A stretch of DNA of 64,000 bases from Lytechinus pictus (Eukaryota): contig NC_087245.1 of the NCBI RefSeq assembly GCF_037042905.1, positions 2,916,001 through 2,980,000 on the forward strand, written 5' to 3'. Below are positions 27,711 to 40,189 of the stretch, piece after piece. A program made the position numbers and the translations under genes. The number at the start of each line of letters is the position of its first letter. Position 1 is the stretch's first letter. The notes below the pieces were generated by a model. That model saw only the letters and a program-made list of their open reading frames with translations. It made no database searches and was not told the DNA's origin.

Positions 27711-27768
27711 GTCAAAAAGGGGCCTAAGCTTTCGATCCTAGCAGAATCTTCGTCGGAGGCAAAATGAC
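27711..27768 (-). ncRNA. Minimal type I hammerhead ribozyme (variant core) at the Penelope 3' end
   Basis: Minus strand GUCA-UUUU-GCC-U-CCGACGA-A-GAUUC-UGCUA-GGAUC-GAAA-GC-UUA-GGC-CCCUUUU-UGAC: core, stem II, palindromic AAGCUU stem III, and stem I with an internal loop. Confidence 0.7.
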
Positions 27769-28354
27769 AAACATATAAAGTGGAACAACCATAATATAGA
27801 CCACAAACAAGCTACAGCAACACTAGAAACAAGGAGACAAAAGGGGCATTAGTGAGTAGAGAAGACCAATCAGGTTAGTGAATGGGATGAAAGAAAAGGA
27901 GTAGGCAGACACAAAGGGAAGTTAGTGTAAGTAAGGCCAGTAAAAGACCTCAAGCCAAGAGGGATTAAAATAATGAGGCAGGCAACATCAAACAGGATCT
28001 GGAACAAAACAGTGATAATGGGATGAAAAACAAGAGAATTAGTAAGAGGTGGGTCAAACAGGTTACAAAGAAAGGCTTAATAAACTGGTGCATAAGAGTG
28101 GGGAAAAAAAGAAAAAGAATGGGGAACAACTGATAATGTGCAAAAGACATATAAGTATATATGATAAAGCATTAAACAAACTAAGAGAAGAAGGTAAGTG
28201 TAAATATGTATCTATAAGTGATATGTATATAAATATATCAAAAAAAAGAAATGTATATGAAAAAATATATAAATACGCATATGGTGTAACTGATATTGTA
28301 ATCCGCTAGGTGTGACGGGGAAAAAAAAAAAACATTAAACTATATAGTAGGGGG

Positions 28355-28389
<35 letters not shown>

Positions 28390-28714
28390 TATATGTGAAA
28401 AAGAGGAAGCAAATTGCCTAAAAAGGTAAAAGCAAATATAGAAGAGAGGGGGTGTATTATGAAGAAACCATAGTATACATGTAAATAAGCAAATGTGGTA
28501 AATCTAAAAGAGGTGAGTGGAGAAAAAACAAATATATATATATATATATATATAATAATTATTATATCGCCTGAATAAGGAAGGAAAAATTAGAGCTGAG
28601 CTTGTATGAGATATGGGAGGAAAGTAGAGTAAGAAACTATAATGTAACTATTCAAAAGAGCTGAGGGGAAAAATTATATGTATATATAAATTGAAAGTGG
28701 ATAGGAAAGAAAAA

Positions 28715-31438
28715 TCAGTCGTTCCCCTCTTGGATGTTCAGGCCATGAGGTTGGGTGGTGCGAAGTCGTCTCATCCAGAGCTTCTCCCTGCTAGTACGGA
28801 CTGAGTCAGGACGGGTACCTAAAGATTCGATGCCCTGTAGCATCATGTCAGTGATGGAGTGGTTGGGGAGGTTAAAATGGCGGCCAACTGGAGTGTCCAG
28901 CTTTGCTGTGTTGACGGTGGATCTGTGCCCGTAGAATCGTTTCTTGAGTGTGGTCTTGGTTTCCCCTATGTATTGTACCCTACAAACTCTGCAAGTGATG
29001 AGATATACAACATTAGTGGTAGTGCATGTGATGTTGCCCTTGATTTGGTGAGACAGGCTGGTAGAGTTGCTGGTGAAAGTATCGCCCTCGTGAAGGTGTA
29101 TTTCACATATGATGCACCTGTTGCTGGTGCATTTGAAGGTGCCATGCTGTATGGGAGAAGAATGGTTAGTGAGGGAGGGCACTTCAGCACGAACAATGAG
29201 GTCCCTGAGATTCGGTGGGCGTCGGTATGCTAGAAGGGGAGTATCGGGAACGGCCTGTTGGAGACGATCAGAAGTGTGTAAAATGTGGTGGTTATCAAAC
29301 AGGATTTTGCGGAGAGGGGGTAGATTGGGATGGAAGGTGGTCACAAGCGGTATTCTGTCGGTGGTCTCCTTGTCACTTTTTGGTTTGAGAACTTCAGATC
29401 TGGGGAGAGAACGAACTTTGTTAATTGCCAGTTGGACTGCCCTGGCCCCGTGGCCCCTGGCACAGAGATGTTTCTGCAAATTCCTGGCATGGAAGGAAAA
29501 ATCAGGGTCCTCGGAACAGATACGGCGAAGTCTGAGGGCTTGACTGTAAGCGATGCCGGTTTTGCAGTGACGGGGGTGGCAGCTGGATGAGTGGAGGTAC
29601 TGGTGGGTATCTGTGGGTTTAGAGTATAGGGTAGTGGTGATACCATTAGACTTTTTCTGGACTGTAACATCAAGGAAGTGGGTTTCCTGTTGGGAGAAAT
29701 CAGAAGTGAATTTGATGGTCCTGTGGAAGGAATTGATGTGGTCAATGAATGTATGGAGGCTGTCTTCATCCCTGGTCCAGATGAAGAAAATGTCGTCTAT
29801 GTAACGCCACCAAATCCATGGGCGACAGGGGGCTGAATCTAACATCTGCTGTTCCAGCTTCGTCATGAAGAGACAGGCGAATGAAGGAGCCATCCGGGTG
29901 CCCATTGCTGTACCGAATATCTGTAGGTAGTGCTTGCCCATGAATGTGAAGTTGTTTTTTGTTAGTACATGAGACATCAGAGATTTGATATCGGATATGG
30001 GGGGACTGGAATGGCCACTGGCGGCCAAGGCTTCACATGATGCTTGGATACCTTCGTCGTGGGGAATGCTGGTGTACAGTGAAGAAACATCGAAAGTGCC
30101 GATGATCGCAGTCTCGGGTATCTGGTCCTTGATGTCATTTAGTTTCCTGAGAAAGTCTGGAGTGTCGTGGGTGTAAGAGGGTGCACGTGAGACAAGGGGC
30201 TTAATGTGGTAATCAACAAAAAGGGAGATGTTCTCTGTTGAGGAACCATTTCCTGAGAGGATGGGTCGACCGGGGTTGCCAGGTTTGTGGATCTTCGGGA
30301 GGAGATAGAAGCGGGCAGGTTTAGCATTAGTAGGGGAGAGAAATTTGTGGGCCTTCTCAGAGAGATGCTCGTGTTCTTTCATGTCATTCAGTGTCGATTG
30401 GATCTGTAGGGAGAAATTACAAGTAGGGTCAGAATCGAGGAGTGCATAGTGAGATCGATTATTGAGATGTTTCATGGCTTCATCGATGTACTGCTGGCGG
30501 TCCATAACAACGACGGCTGATCCTTTGTCTGCAGGCTTGATGATGATGTCGGACCTGTTTTTGAGTGATGAGAGAGCCTGGCGTTCTTCTCTAGGAAGGT
30601 TGTCATGTGCTCTGGTGTCGAGGGTATCTGTGGAGCGAACTTGGGATGAGACAGCTTGGATGTAAGTTTCAAGGGAAGGAACTCTATTCTTAGGTGGAAT
30701 CCATGTGCTTTTCTTGTAGAAGGGCTCGGGATCAGAAGGGGGTGCATCTAAAAAGAACTCTTTGAGACGTATCCTGCGATAGAATGTAGAGAGGTCTTGG
30801 CTGAGAGCTATCTGTTCAACTTCTGGTGGCGTGGGGCAAAACTTGAGACCTTTAGAGAGAAGAGAGGTTTCTGCTTGGGAGAGAGGGGAGGATGAGAGAT
30901 TAACAACCAAATGGGGGGATACATCATTGTTGTTGGTATGTCGTCTAAATCTGTTTGACCGTTGTCGCTTCTTTGTGAGGTTGCCTATTTTCTTGTTCCT
31001 GCGTTCAGTGAGGAGAGACCTGTGTTTAGAGAGATCAGATTCAATTTCATCATTATACTGAAGCCATTGGGTTTGGGTACAGCAAGAACGTAGTTCGTCT
31101 TCCAGGCTACTGATGTCAGCTGAAAAAGAATCAAGAGAAGCAATACACTGTTCAGAGAGGATGTTAATTAATCGAACTGAAGCTCCATGTAAGGTCTGGT
31201 TCCATCGTTTGCGAAGTTCAGGTGTGAGCGTACCGAGACCGGGAGTGCAATGAAGTTGGAGGCCTGTGGGTATAATGCGATTGAGGCAATAAAATCTGTA
31301 ATTGTCCTGGTGAAAAGAGGTCTTGAGGGCCTTCAGCTTGATCTTCCTGAGCTGGTGAAATAAAGATAGATGGTTAGTCATGGTAGAAAAGAGACCTAGA
31401 ATAAAAAAAAGTGTAAAACAAAGAAAATGGATATTCAT
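28715..31438 (-). CDS. Penelope-like polyprotein: reverse transcriptase plus GIY-YIG endonuclease (likely start Met at 31381)
   Basis: LLSKGLKF, IKPADKG, GTAMG, WRYIDD, Cys-rich linker CTSNRCIICEIH, NVVYLITC..C..YIGET and terminal GLN; 907 codons uninterrupted. Confidence 0.95.
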   Translation of the reverse strand: MNIHFLCFTLFFILGLFSTMTNHLSLFHQLRKIKLKALKTSFHQDNYRFYCLNRIIPTGLQLHCTPGLGTLTPELRKRWNQTLHGASVRLINILSEQCIASLDSFSADISSLEDELRSCCTQTQWLQYNDEIESDLSKHRSLLTERRNKKIGNLTKKRQRSNRFRRHTNNNDVSPHLVVNLSSSPLSQAETSLLSKGLKFCPTPPEVEQIALSQDLSTFYRRIRLKEFFLDAPPSDPEPFYKKSTWIPPKNRVPSLETYIQAVSSQVRSTDTLDTRAHDNLPREERQALSSLKNRSDIIIKPADKGSAVVVMDRQQYIDEAMKHLNNRSHYALLDSDPTCNFSLQIQSTLNDMKEHEHLSEKAHKFLSPTNAKPARFYLLPKIHKPGNPGRPILSGNGSSTENISLFVDYHIKPLVSRAPSYTHDTPDFLRKLNDIKDQIPETAIIGTFDVSSLYTSIPHDEGIQASCEALAASGHSSPPISDIKSLMSHVLTKNNFTFMGKHYLQIFGTAMGTRMAPSFACLFMTKLEQQMLDSAPCRPWIWWRYIDDIFFIWTRDEDSLHTFIDHINSFHRTIKFTSDFSQQETHFLDVTVQKKSNGITTTLYSKPTDTHQYLHSSSCHPRHCKTGIAYSQALRLRRICSEDPDFSFHARNLQKHLCARGHGARAVQLAINKVRSLPRSEVLKPKSDKETTDRIPLVTTFHPNLPPLRKILFDNHHILHTSDRLQQAVPDTPLLAYRRPPNLRDLIVRAEVPSLTNHSSPIQHGTFKCTSNRCIICEIHLHEGDTFTSNSTSLSHQIKGNITCTTTNVVYLITCRVCRVQYIGETKTTLKKRFYGHRSTVNTAKLDTPVGRHFNLPNHSITDMMLQGIESLGTRPDSVRTSREKLWMRRLRTTQPHGLNIQEGND

Positions 31439-31695
31439 AACAAATCAAAATATAAAGGAGAAAAGTCGAGTAGATTTGAACTGGACCTAAAACAGAATGA
31501 TAATAAGAATACACAAAGTTAATTAAATCAAGCTGAAAGAGACCTAGAATAAAAAAAATAAAAAAAGGGTGTAAAACAAAGAAAATGGAAATTCAAAACA
31601 AATCAAATATAAAGAATGAGAAAAGTCGAGTAGATTTGAACTGGACCTAAAACAGAATGATGATAAGAATACACAAAGTTAATTAAATCAAGCTG
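31388..31695. repeat. Two tandem copies of an approximately 150-160-bp unit in the Penelope 5' region
   Basis: 31388-31535 and 31536-31695 are near-identical (GAGACCTAGAATAAAAAAA ... AATTAAATCAAGCTG). Confidence 0.85.
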
Positions 31696-32306
31696 AAAAG
31701 TAAAATCGACCAGACAAATTATATATTCATCATCTTTCATTCTATTCTTTCTCCTTTCACACCCTTTCTTGTTTCAATTTGTATGAGTTAATACCGAAGA
31801 TTCTCTCTGATAAAATATGTCCCTTTTTCTTTTTTATTCTTTCCTGTCTGATTCTGATAAGTCCTCGCATGTTGTCTTCGAGGTTGTTTCCTAAATATTC
31901 TTTTTCAGTATGTCTTTCTCTTTCCTCTAACTCTTCTATGTGTGATTTCTTGTTTTATTTCATTGTGTCTTTTGTACCTACCCGTCCCTATTTCTCCTTG
32001 TGGCCATCCATCATCCTTTCGATCTCACGTTGCTGTCCCATTTAATATTTTTCTGATTCCCTTCTCACTACTCCTCTCTCTCTTCTGTCTCTTTCACAGA
32101 GTACATACCCAGGAATCCCACTAGAGAATTAGAGATGTTAAGCTGATTAGGAAAATGCATTGCTGTAATTTCGTGTCACAGATTGACTAGGATATGTGCA
32201 ATATCTGTCAAGGTTTGACACCAACGAATAATTGGCTTTTGGCTCTGACATCATCAGTAAGCCCCAGACATTTGGTCATTTTTACAAAATTCTATCTTTT
32301 CTACAG

Positions 32307-33006
32307 GTGTTAGTCCTTTGGCAAGGTTCTCATCTCCACCGGAACAATCTGCGTCATCAGAGCAGGTCTGGGTTCTTGATGAGGAAAGGCGAAAGGCTGC
32401 TGATCAACCCCTTACAAGCAGCACTGAGAACAACCTAAACTACCCTTCAAAGCCTACTCCCTCGAATGTGGCTCAGCACCTATTGAACCGAGGAAGCAGT
32501 GAACGAATAAAGGGAGACCGGAGTGCCATGATGTACCCTCAGAATATCTCCAGGGGTACAAGTAGACCTCTCCGGAGCTGTTCTGCAGAGAATCTACCTG
32601 CAATCCCAAACAGAGGAATTGGTTCTGAGGCCAAGCCAGGTATGGAAGCTCGTAGCAGCTCAATGAATGACATTATAAGGATGGATCCAGCACTCCAGAT
32701 TCCAGTGATTGGAGTCGAGGAACCTTCCGACCAAGAGGACCAAAAGATGTCATCTGACCGTGAAGATGACAAGATCCAATCCAAAGGGACCGAACAACAA
32801 AAATCTCCTGTCAGCTCTCCACCTCTACAGAGGTTCTTGAATCCGGAATTGGCAAAACGACTGTCACTTCCCAATGAAGGGAGTGGCAGTAGTCTATCTA
32901 CTAGAACTGGAAGTGACAGTGATCTTAGTTACACTGGTAGTATTACACCAGATATTAATGAATGCAGGAGAAATGTTGGAGAGAGAGGTCAATTACGTAA
33001 AAGCAG
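32307..33006 (+). CDS. SLC4 anion exchanger large Ser-rich N-terminal exon
   Basis: Acceptor TCTTTTCTACAG|, donor CAG|GTAAGA, 700 nt open, phase 1 to 2 matching both neighbours. Confidence 0.8.
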
Positions 33007-33841
33007 GTAAGAATCCCAAGTTTGGCTTTTACTTTTCTTGCCTCTAAATTTAATATGTTTCTACATGATATTCATTGCTCGCTATATTTTCATCTTAAGT
33101 TTTATTTCAAGGTAGGAAATAAAGATTTAAAGTAAAAATAATTTTTTTCTTCAGGAGGTGAAGTTTGTTTAACAGGTCGCTTGTGAAAAAGCAGCTGGTG
33201 AAAAAGTCAAGTTCAGTTACTGTCCTTTCCTCACTTCACAGGTGCACATTATTATTAACAAATGTAATGTTTTACAGAATCTGTAGAAGTCAAAGGAAGC
33301 ACTACTCGCCATTCATAATGTGATGTGTGTCTATTTAGTCTATTAAGATTAATCATGTCAGAACTGACTCAAGATGTATTTTTCTTCATAGCCTTTAATG
33401 CAGTTAAAGGTTCCCCTTAAGTGTCTGGTATTAGACCACGATGCAACACCAGTAATAATTTTTTTCCCATGACATCAGAGATTCAAGTCACAAAGGAATC
33501 GACCCTTCTAACTTACAGTGTTACTAATTATAACATAGAGCCTTATTTGCCATTAGCCATAAATTGGTAATCCACTCAATGCAAGTCCCCCAAGCTTACA
33601 TTTTCAGAGTCGTTATTTAAGTACAGGTTCATGAGGGTCTATTCCCTTTACTCCGTTGTGTCTTGATGTGATGTGATGGAAATTTGATATTTTACATCTG
33701 TCAGAGATGAGAGATGCTATCCTGATAAGCATAAAGAAAGGTAAAAAAAAAAAGCATTTTATTGAAGTTCAAAAGGTTAGTTACATGTAGATGAAAAGAT
33801 CAATGAAATACATCTTCTTGTGAATTGTTATAATGAAAATG

Positions 33842-33966
33842 ACAATCATGGTGATGATAATGATGATGATGGATGCCATGGTGATGATGATGATGATGAT
33901 GGATGCCATGGTGATGATGATGATAATGAGGATGGTGGTGGTGGTGGTGGTGATGATGATGGTGAT
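33842..33966. repeat. (GAT)n/(GGT)n compound microsatellite
   Basis: Directly visible triplet runs with a repeated GGATGCCATGGT interruption. Confidence 0.9.
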
Positions 33967-35401
33967 ACATTAATGCTAGAAAAAAGAAGCAAATTATTCA
34001 AGTTCCTTGAACATTAGTAGAATAACATGCAGATATCTATTTTCTTTCTGCAGAAAAATATTGAAAAAAAAATTATGATGACTCGTAGATACATGTTTGT
34101 TGAAGTTATCCACCCTCTTCGAAATTCCCCTTTTGCTGTTAGCAGGTAAATTGATGATATGTAATAGAAGTGGGTTATCCTCTAGGGAAGGAGATGTGTG
34201 GTATGAAGATGACGCTTGCTTGATATACTATTTATCCATGCCCGGAAGCATGAACACTCGTTTGTGTATCTTTAATTTGTAACTGCTCCATAACAAACAG
34301 TTGAGATGAGGGACATTCGTGTTTATCCATCAAATCATGCAATGCAAAAATTGATTCGTATCAAACTTGACTCTGCCTGACATATGCCATGACTTGAGTC
34401 ATTGACAGACATTTTTTATGCCTCAATGATACAATGTTATTCATAGTTTTTAAATAGAAATTTAAGTACATGTATCATTCTGGGTTTTGGGGGATTTTTT
34501 TGTAGGGGTGAACATTTTAGAACAAACTTATCAGAAAATTGCTTAAAACAGATACACGTATAAGTTATGTCTTGAAAAATCCTATATTAAAAAAAAAATC
34601 TGTGATTTCTGTATCCAGTATCAACTTACAAGTAAAACTCAGATCAGAATATAGTTAATTCATTGAAACAAGAGAATGCTATCATGGTATACAATTTCAA
34701 ATCACTTTCTTCATAATAGTCAATGTTATTTCCTTAAAAGTCCTTCTTTTCATTCTTGATATTAAAATGGATTTTTTTATTGCCATAATGCCCATTTGTT
34801 TGCCATGTTATCTTCAGGTAACACAGAGGAGGTGAAAGTGTATCTTATATCCTGTAATCTTAATATGTCAGCAGGTGGCTTGAAGCTTCTGATTGTCTGT
34901 TAGAGGGATCATCAAACCCAAAAGGCATATCAAAAATATGGATTTTCTTCATTGTCACTGCTCCTGACTGTGTCAAGTCCCCTTGTGATGACAAAAGGGG
35001 CTTAATTGGTTCATTCATCTGTAATATGTCAGGCAATACGCTGTAGCTGGTAATCTCATTTAACAATACTGAGTCAATGTTGATTGAGTTTCCCCTCGAG
35101 TCTATAGTCCTTTAGTAGATGTGAGGTTTATTTTTTGAAAGGGAAGGATTTATTCTTGATCTCTTTGATAATCTACAGAATTTTAAGATGATAATTGCTC
35201 TTTGACTGGTATTATCTGGTCATCAACCCTTTACTTGCCACTTAGTACCCATCCTAAAATAGACCTAATACACCTATCAAAGTTTTTTTGTTTGTTTGAT
35301 GATTCAAACTTTTTTATATAGAATTAGAGAACAAAAGCCATTGATGATTCTTTGAAAGGTATTGAATATTGCAATTGTATCAATAACATTTGATTGATAA
35401 A

Positions 35402-36381
35402 CAGGGATGCCACTTTTCCGTATTTATACGGGATTCCGGCTTTTTTCCTGCTATCTGTCTTATTTCCGTATTTCCGACTTTTCCTGTTTTCTGTGTATTA
35501 AAAAAAAACGAAAGTCCTCCTTTTTTCCCCCTATCTCTCCCGATTGCGATGCATGTCGATCGACCGAGTGAGAGATATTTCCCCGAGATATTTGCTTTTA
35601 TACAGTACATAATTTATAAACGCGCGCACTGCCTACTACGTTCATTGAGTTATGCTTTTATCAAGGCTTTCTGATTAGAATTATCGATATCCTGGCCAAT
35701 CAATGCGAGCGACAAGTTCCGAACGCACGCACATAGACAAGCGCAAAGTAGCGGCACGAATCGCGGTATAATAGCGACTGGTAAATACGTCTGTAAATAT
35801 GATGACGTCATCCAAGATGGCAACTTACGATGACCAACGAAGGAATCGAGGATGACTAAGTTTTGATCATCATTTGAAAGGAATTAGCGGTAACTGCGGT
35901 CTAAGGTACGATGTTTCTGAATTTTATATATTTTCTCGTAAGTTTGGATGTAATTATTTTTTTATAATGTGACATTTTATGTACCAAAAACGATCCGAAA
36001 ATCGGGTTTCCGCCGAATGTTAGATCTAACGTTACTGCTGCATGCCGATACGGAACCCAGGGAGCTCCGGGCCGGAAAGCGGGCCGGAGCTCCTTGGGTT
36101 ACGTATCAGCTAGCCCTGGGTTAGCTGATACGTTGTCTTTATGTACGGGCCAACAACTCTTCAGTCTATGTATTGGTGAGTGGAGCCAACGCGGTTCAGC
36201 TGAACAACCAAAATACAGAGACTGAAGCTTTTGGTCTAGCGTTCTATGAGAAACACAACTATAACTACCGTCAGTTTTTCAAACCTAATTGACTTCAGAG
36301 TCATCGATCACAACAAGGTAAGAAGCCACTTGGTCCTCCCCCCTCCCCTAAATTTGAGGTGGGGGCGGACCCCCCCCCTCC

Positions 36382-36421
<40 letters not shown>

Positions 36422-36555
36422 TGTCCAATTTTTACCTATGACATGTGTCCATCCCAAAATTAAAGGTGGACCCCCCCAAAAAAAAAATTTCTTGGACACT
36501 ATCCCGGCCCGCGATAAGTTTCAGTATTTTTGGAGGACACCTAGTGGCATCCCTG
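35402..36555. mobile_element. Non-autonomous hAT-like element with CAGGG termini and 6-bp TSD
   Basis: TIR CAGGGATGCCACT / AGTGGCATCCCTG; TSD GATAAA (35396-35401, 36556-36561); CpG-rich interior. Confidence 0.85.
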
Positions 36556-39500
36556 GATAAATCAATATTGAAAATCAATAATTTTTCTAAAATGATATCA
36601 GTAGCTATGCACAAAGTGACTCCATTTTGCTAATATAGTCTTGCATCTTGAGCAATGCTAACGTAGTGTAATCCACAAATGCTGTAGGGCTCTGTTGCTG
36701 ATGAAGACTGACTTAATATCAATATATGGATACCAGTGCTGGTTAGGATTAAAGGTATGAAGGATACATGCAGGTAATTATGCTGAATTATGGAGGAGGA
36801 ATCAGTAGTAATCCTTAACAGAATATTCTCCAATCATATTCATTTAAAATAGGACTGAGCTACATGCTTGCTGGCAAAAATGAAAACCAAGTAGTGCCTT
36901 ATACATAAAGCCAACCTTTTAGAATGACTCTGCATTCATGGTATCTTCCATTAAAACCTTGATTTTGGTTGACTGTTGAGTGATACTGTAATGGTAGAAG
37001 ATCAATAGTACTACAGTTTTCTGCAATGATCCCTTAGAAGGGAGAGGGAGAGTCAAGTGAACATTGGTAACTTAAACATAAAATGTTAATGTAAGTACTC
37101 TGCATTAGACAGATAAACTTGGAAGAGAGGAGAGATAGACAGACAGAAAGAAACATAGAGAGAAATTAACTTACTAACAGACACACATAGATAAATAGGA
37201 AACTGTGCTTTCAGTCAGAGGTAGATATAAATGTAGAAAGAATAATTAAAAAGGAGAATTCATGGAATTCATTTCATAATTTAACATGGAGTTTAAGAGG
37301 AATATCATCCATGGTATGCTTTTACATGTATTTCTTTTTAGTACTGGATTGATGGTTCTGATGATAGCACAACAGTACATGAACTATATCTTGTTTTTAG
37401 AAAATTTTATGATTTTATGATCAAAGAGTTTATGAGAAAGAATTCAGTATGGTATTAAAGTTAATCATGTCATGCTTTAATAATGAAGGCTGAGATACCA
37501 CCTCTGAAGCAGAAGATGACTAAAAATAAAAGTGATTATAGTTATCTTTTGAATCCAGGCAGCTGAAAATAAAATTTTGTCCGGATCAGAATGAATGATG
37601 TTGTGAAGGAAAAGTTTGATCACTACTTGGACTGGCATTTCATGATGGTTTAGATGTCTTCTTCACCTGATTTTCAGTAATCCCCAGAAAGATTCTCCAT
37701 GATCATTGATTGCTGGTCTAATGTTTATCTTATTGATTACATTCATGAGGACCATTGCAGGGTATTTCGTGGTAGTTAACTACTGTTGCTGCTGATGTTA
37801 TTTGTTTTTGCACCACTGCATTTAGAGGATTGATGCGTAAAAGACGTTTTTTGTTCATGTATTCTTCATTTTGGTTCCTGTATCAGAGTGTCTCGTAGAG
37901 GTAGTTTGTATTGATATTGAAAATTATGGCTGAAAAAATGGTCCAAAGAGTATCACATTCACTTCAGATTTAATAGTTTTATAGAATATTAAAGTAATTA
38001 TAGTTTATATACCCAGTTTTAAGAATAGATTTTATTCAATCTCATTGTTTAATCATTGATTAAAGTTTAGATTTAGTATTGAAATTTCAGTATTATGATT
38101 CCACCGATAGTTGTCATCCAACTGTTTTTCATGTTGACTCTTAATACATGTAAATGGTATTTATTTAAATGGAACTAATTAACACAAACCTTTACCCATA
38201 TTTCAGTTAGTCAATTGCTACCCTTCTTCAAGGCAGGCATTTTCAACCTATCTCACGTGCAGTGCACCAAAACACCTGGTGGCAGATTGATTGCGCTTCT
38301 TATATTTTCTTCTTTTTCTTATAGAGAGATGATCTTGAGTATTAAAGATTCTATCTTATATGCGGTAAAATCAGGCCAACTGCATCGGGTAAACCTTTGG
38401 GAACAGAAATGAGAGTTCGTAAATCTGCTGCTGCTTTGGAATTAATACTACTTTGATTGATCAAAGAGCCTCTATATTAGAGGATTTTGGTGCGGGGGGG
38501 GGGGGGGTGCGGAGTCTGAGGTGGAAGTTGGGGGAGATGTAAACCTGAAGATGACACCTTCGATGGAAGGGATTTTTTTTAAAAGATGAGATTACCTCTT
38601 CTTTAAAACTTTTGTGATCAATGAGTAAAAATTGGCCTCATTTGTAAAATTTTACAAGTGATAACAATATTATACTCTTGAATCATGGGAGGAACTAGTT
38701 GGTCATGACTCCCCCCCCCCCCTTCTTGGATTTTAATGTCTCATCTCATGAAATCACTTTGTTATGATGACACCCAGTATCTTGTCTTTTTGACTTGTCT
38801 TCATGTTGACAAAGTCCATTTCCTGATACCCAATATATCATCTTCTTGTCTATTAATGTTCACACTTTCTCATCCTGAAATATCATGCCGTCTTTTCAAT
38901 TCATTACCAGCTTCCACATCTAGGAGTTAAAAGTAGAGCAAATCAGTATGATTTATGGCTATATTATCTTTGATGATGCCCATGAGTCATACATGAGTTA
39001 TGGCCTGTTGCAAATCATAGAGGATGTTCTACAAACATTTCCATGACATAAACTGTCTATCCTACCATGTTAGAATAATAAAGAGTACCCTCTCCACCTA
39101 CCATTTGTCTAAAATCATTGATGGAAGTGGGTTTGTTTCAAGGGGCCTGTTTCCTTTGTGCATATGTGTGTGTCTCCCCACTATATTCATTCCATGGTTA
39201 CAAAAATACCAGTATATTGAATTTTTTCAGGCCTCAAATACCTGATGATTTATTTTGTGTATTCACACCTGCCTAGACCAGTTTTAAGTTGTTGAGATCT
39301 GAGTAGAAACAAGACTCTTGCATTCCAAGGATGTATATATTCTACTTGTCTCACAAGAGTCACAGCAAAAGTTCTTCCAATTTCCTTTTGCTCTCTGACA
39401 GTTTAGAGACATACCTACAGATATTCTCTAAATTTTGGAGGGGGTGGGGTTGATATTACAAGGATATCATACTGGCAGAATAACTGGTATTTCCATATTG

Positions 39501-39731
39501 GGTTGAACTCTTTATCAGATAATAACAAGTAATTTTGTTGTTTGGCTGGTGTGAAAGTAACTTCTGTGGTTTGGCAGGTGTGAAAGTAACTGTATGTATG
39601 AGCATGGAGCTATATAGCTCCATGGTGTTAGGGATTGAAAAGTGCTCCTTATGAAAAATGGCCCTTGTTGATAGTGAGCTTGGCATGTTTTCAAGCATGA
39701 TATATGTTTTGCAAATTTAAATTCACTGTGG

Positions 39732-40189
39732 CAAAGATACTACAAGGGGAAGATCGGACAGTACATAGACTGCATAATGAAACGCTCGGGAAGAGCGCCC
39801 TACAGCGTTTAGTATTAAAGTAACGACCTTTTTTACCTTTGCTTATCGCGAGATGGATGTGTAAAAACATATGAGAGAAATGGTGAAGGGTTGAAGGAAT
39901 AGACGATTTCTACATTGTAAATTTCTTTTCTTCAATTTTTCCCCCTTAAATTTGAGATGAATATATTTCAGAGGTTTCTTGGTAATAAATCGTGGAATTA
40001 TTCCCATGTGCCACCCTTGAGCCCTCTCCAAACTCCCCTCTCATTTTCCCCATATGTTTTATACACAGTCGCACGCCGATATGCGAAGGTTTACTTAACG
40101 CTGTTGGGCGCCCTTCCCCATAAGCATTTATCAAGCCTTTTTCTACAAAAATCGTCGAAGTGTCCGATCTTCCCCTTGTAGTATCTTTG
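39732..40189. mobile_element. P-element-like MITE
   Basis: Perfect 29-bp TIR CAAAGATACTACAAGGGGAAGATCGGACA, CA..TG ends, 7-bp TSD ACTGTGG. Confidence 0.85.

Larger units (their letters stand above)
27707..31713 (-). mobile_element. Penelope-like retroelement (C-terminal endonuclease, Neptune-like), intact ORF
   Basis: RT plus GIY-YIG ORF, about 1 kb 3' UTR ending in a hammerhead motif, flanked by the 15-bp direct repeat ACAAATTATATATTC (27692-27706, 31714-31728). Confidence 0.92.

Noticed and set aside
28859..31061. Short ORFs overlapping the Penelope ORF
   Set aside because: Shadows of the long ORF with no recognisable motifs.
33820..34017. Asp/Gly-rich 65-aa ORF resembling an acidic biomineral protein
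   Set aside because: It is the translation of a GAT/GGT microsatellite, with no convincing splice sites.
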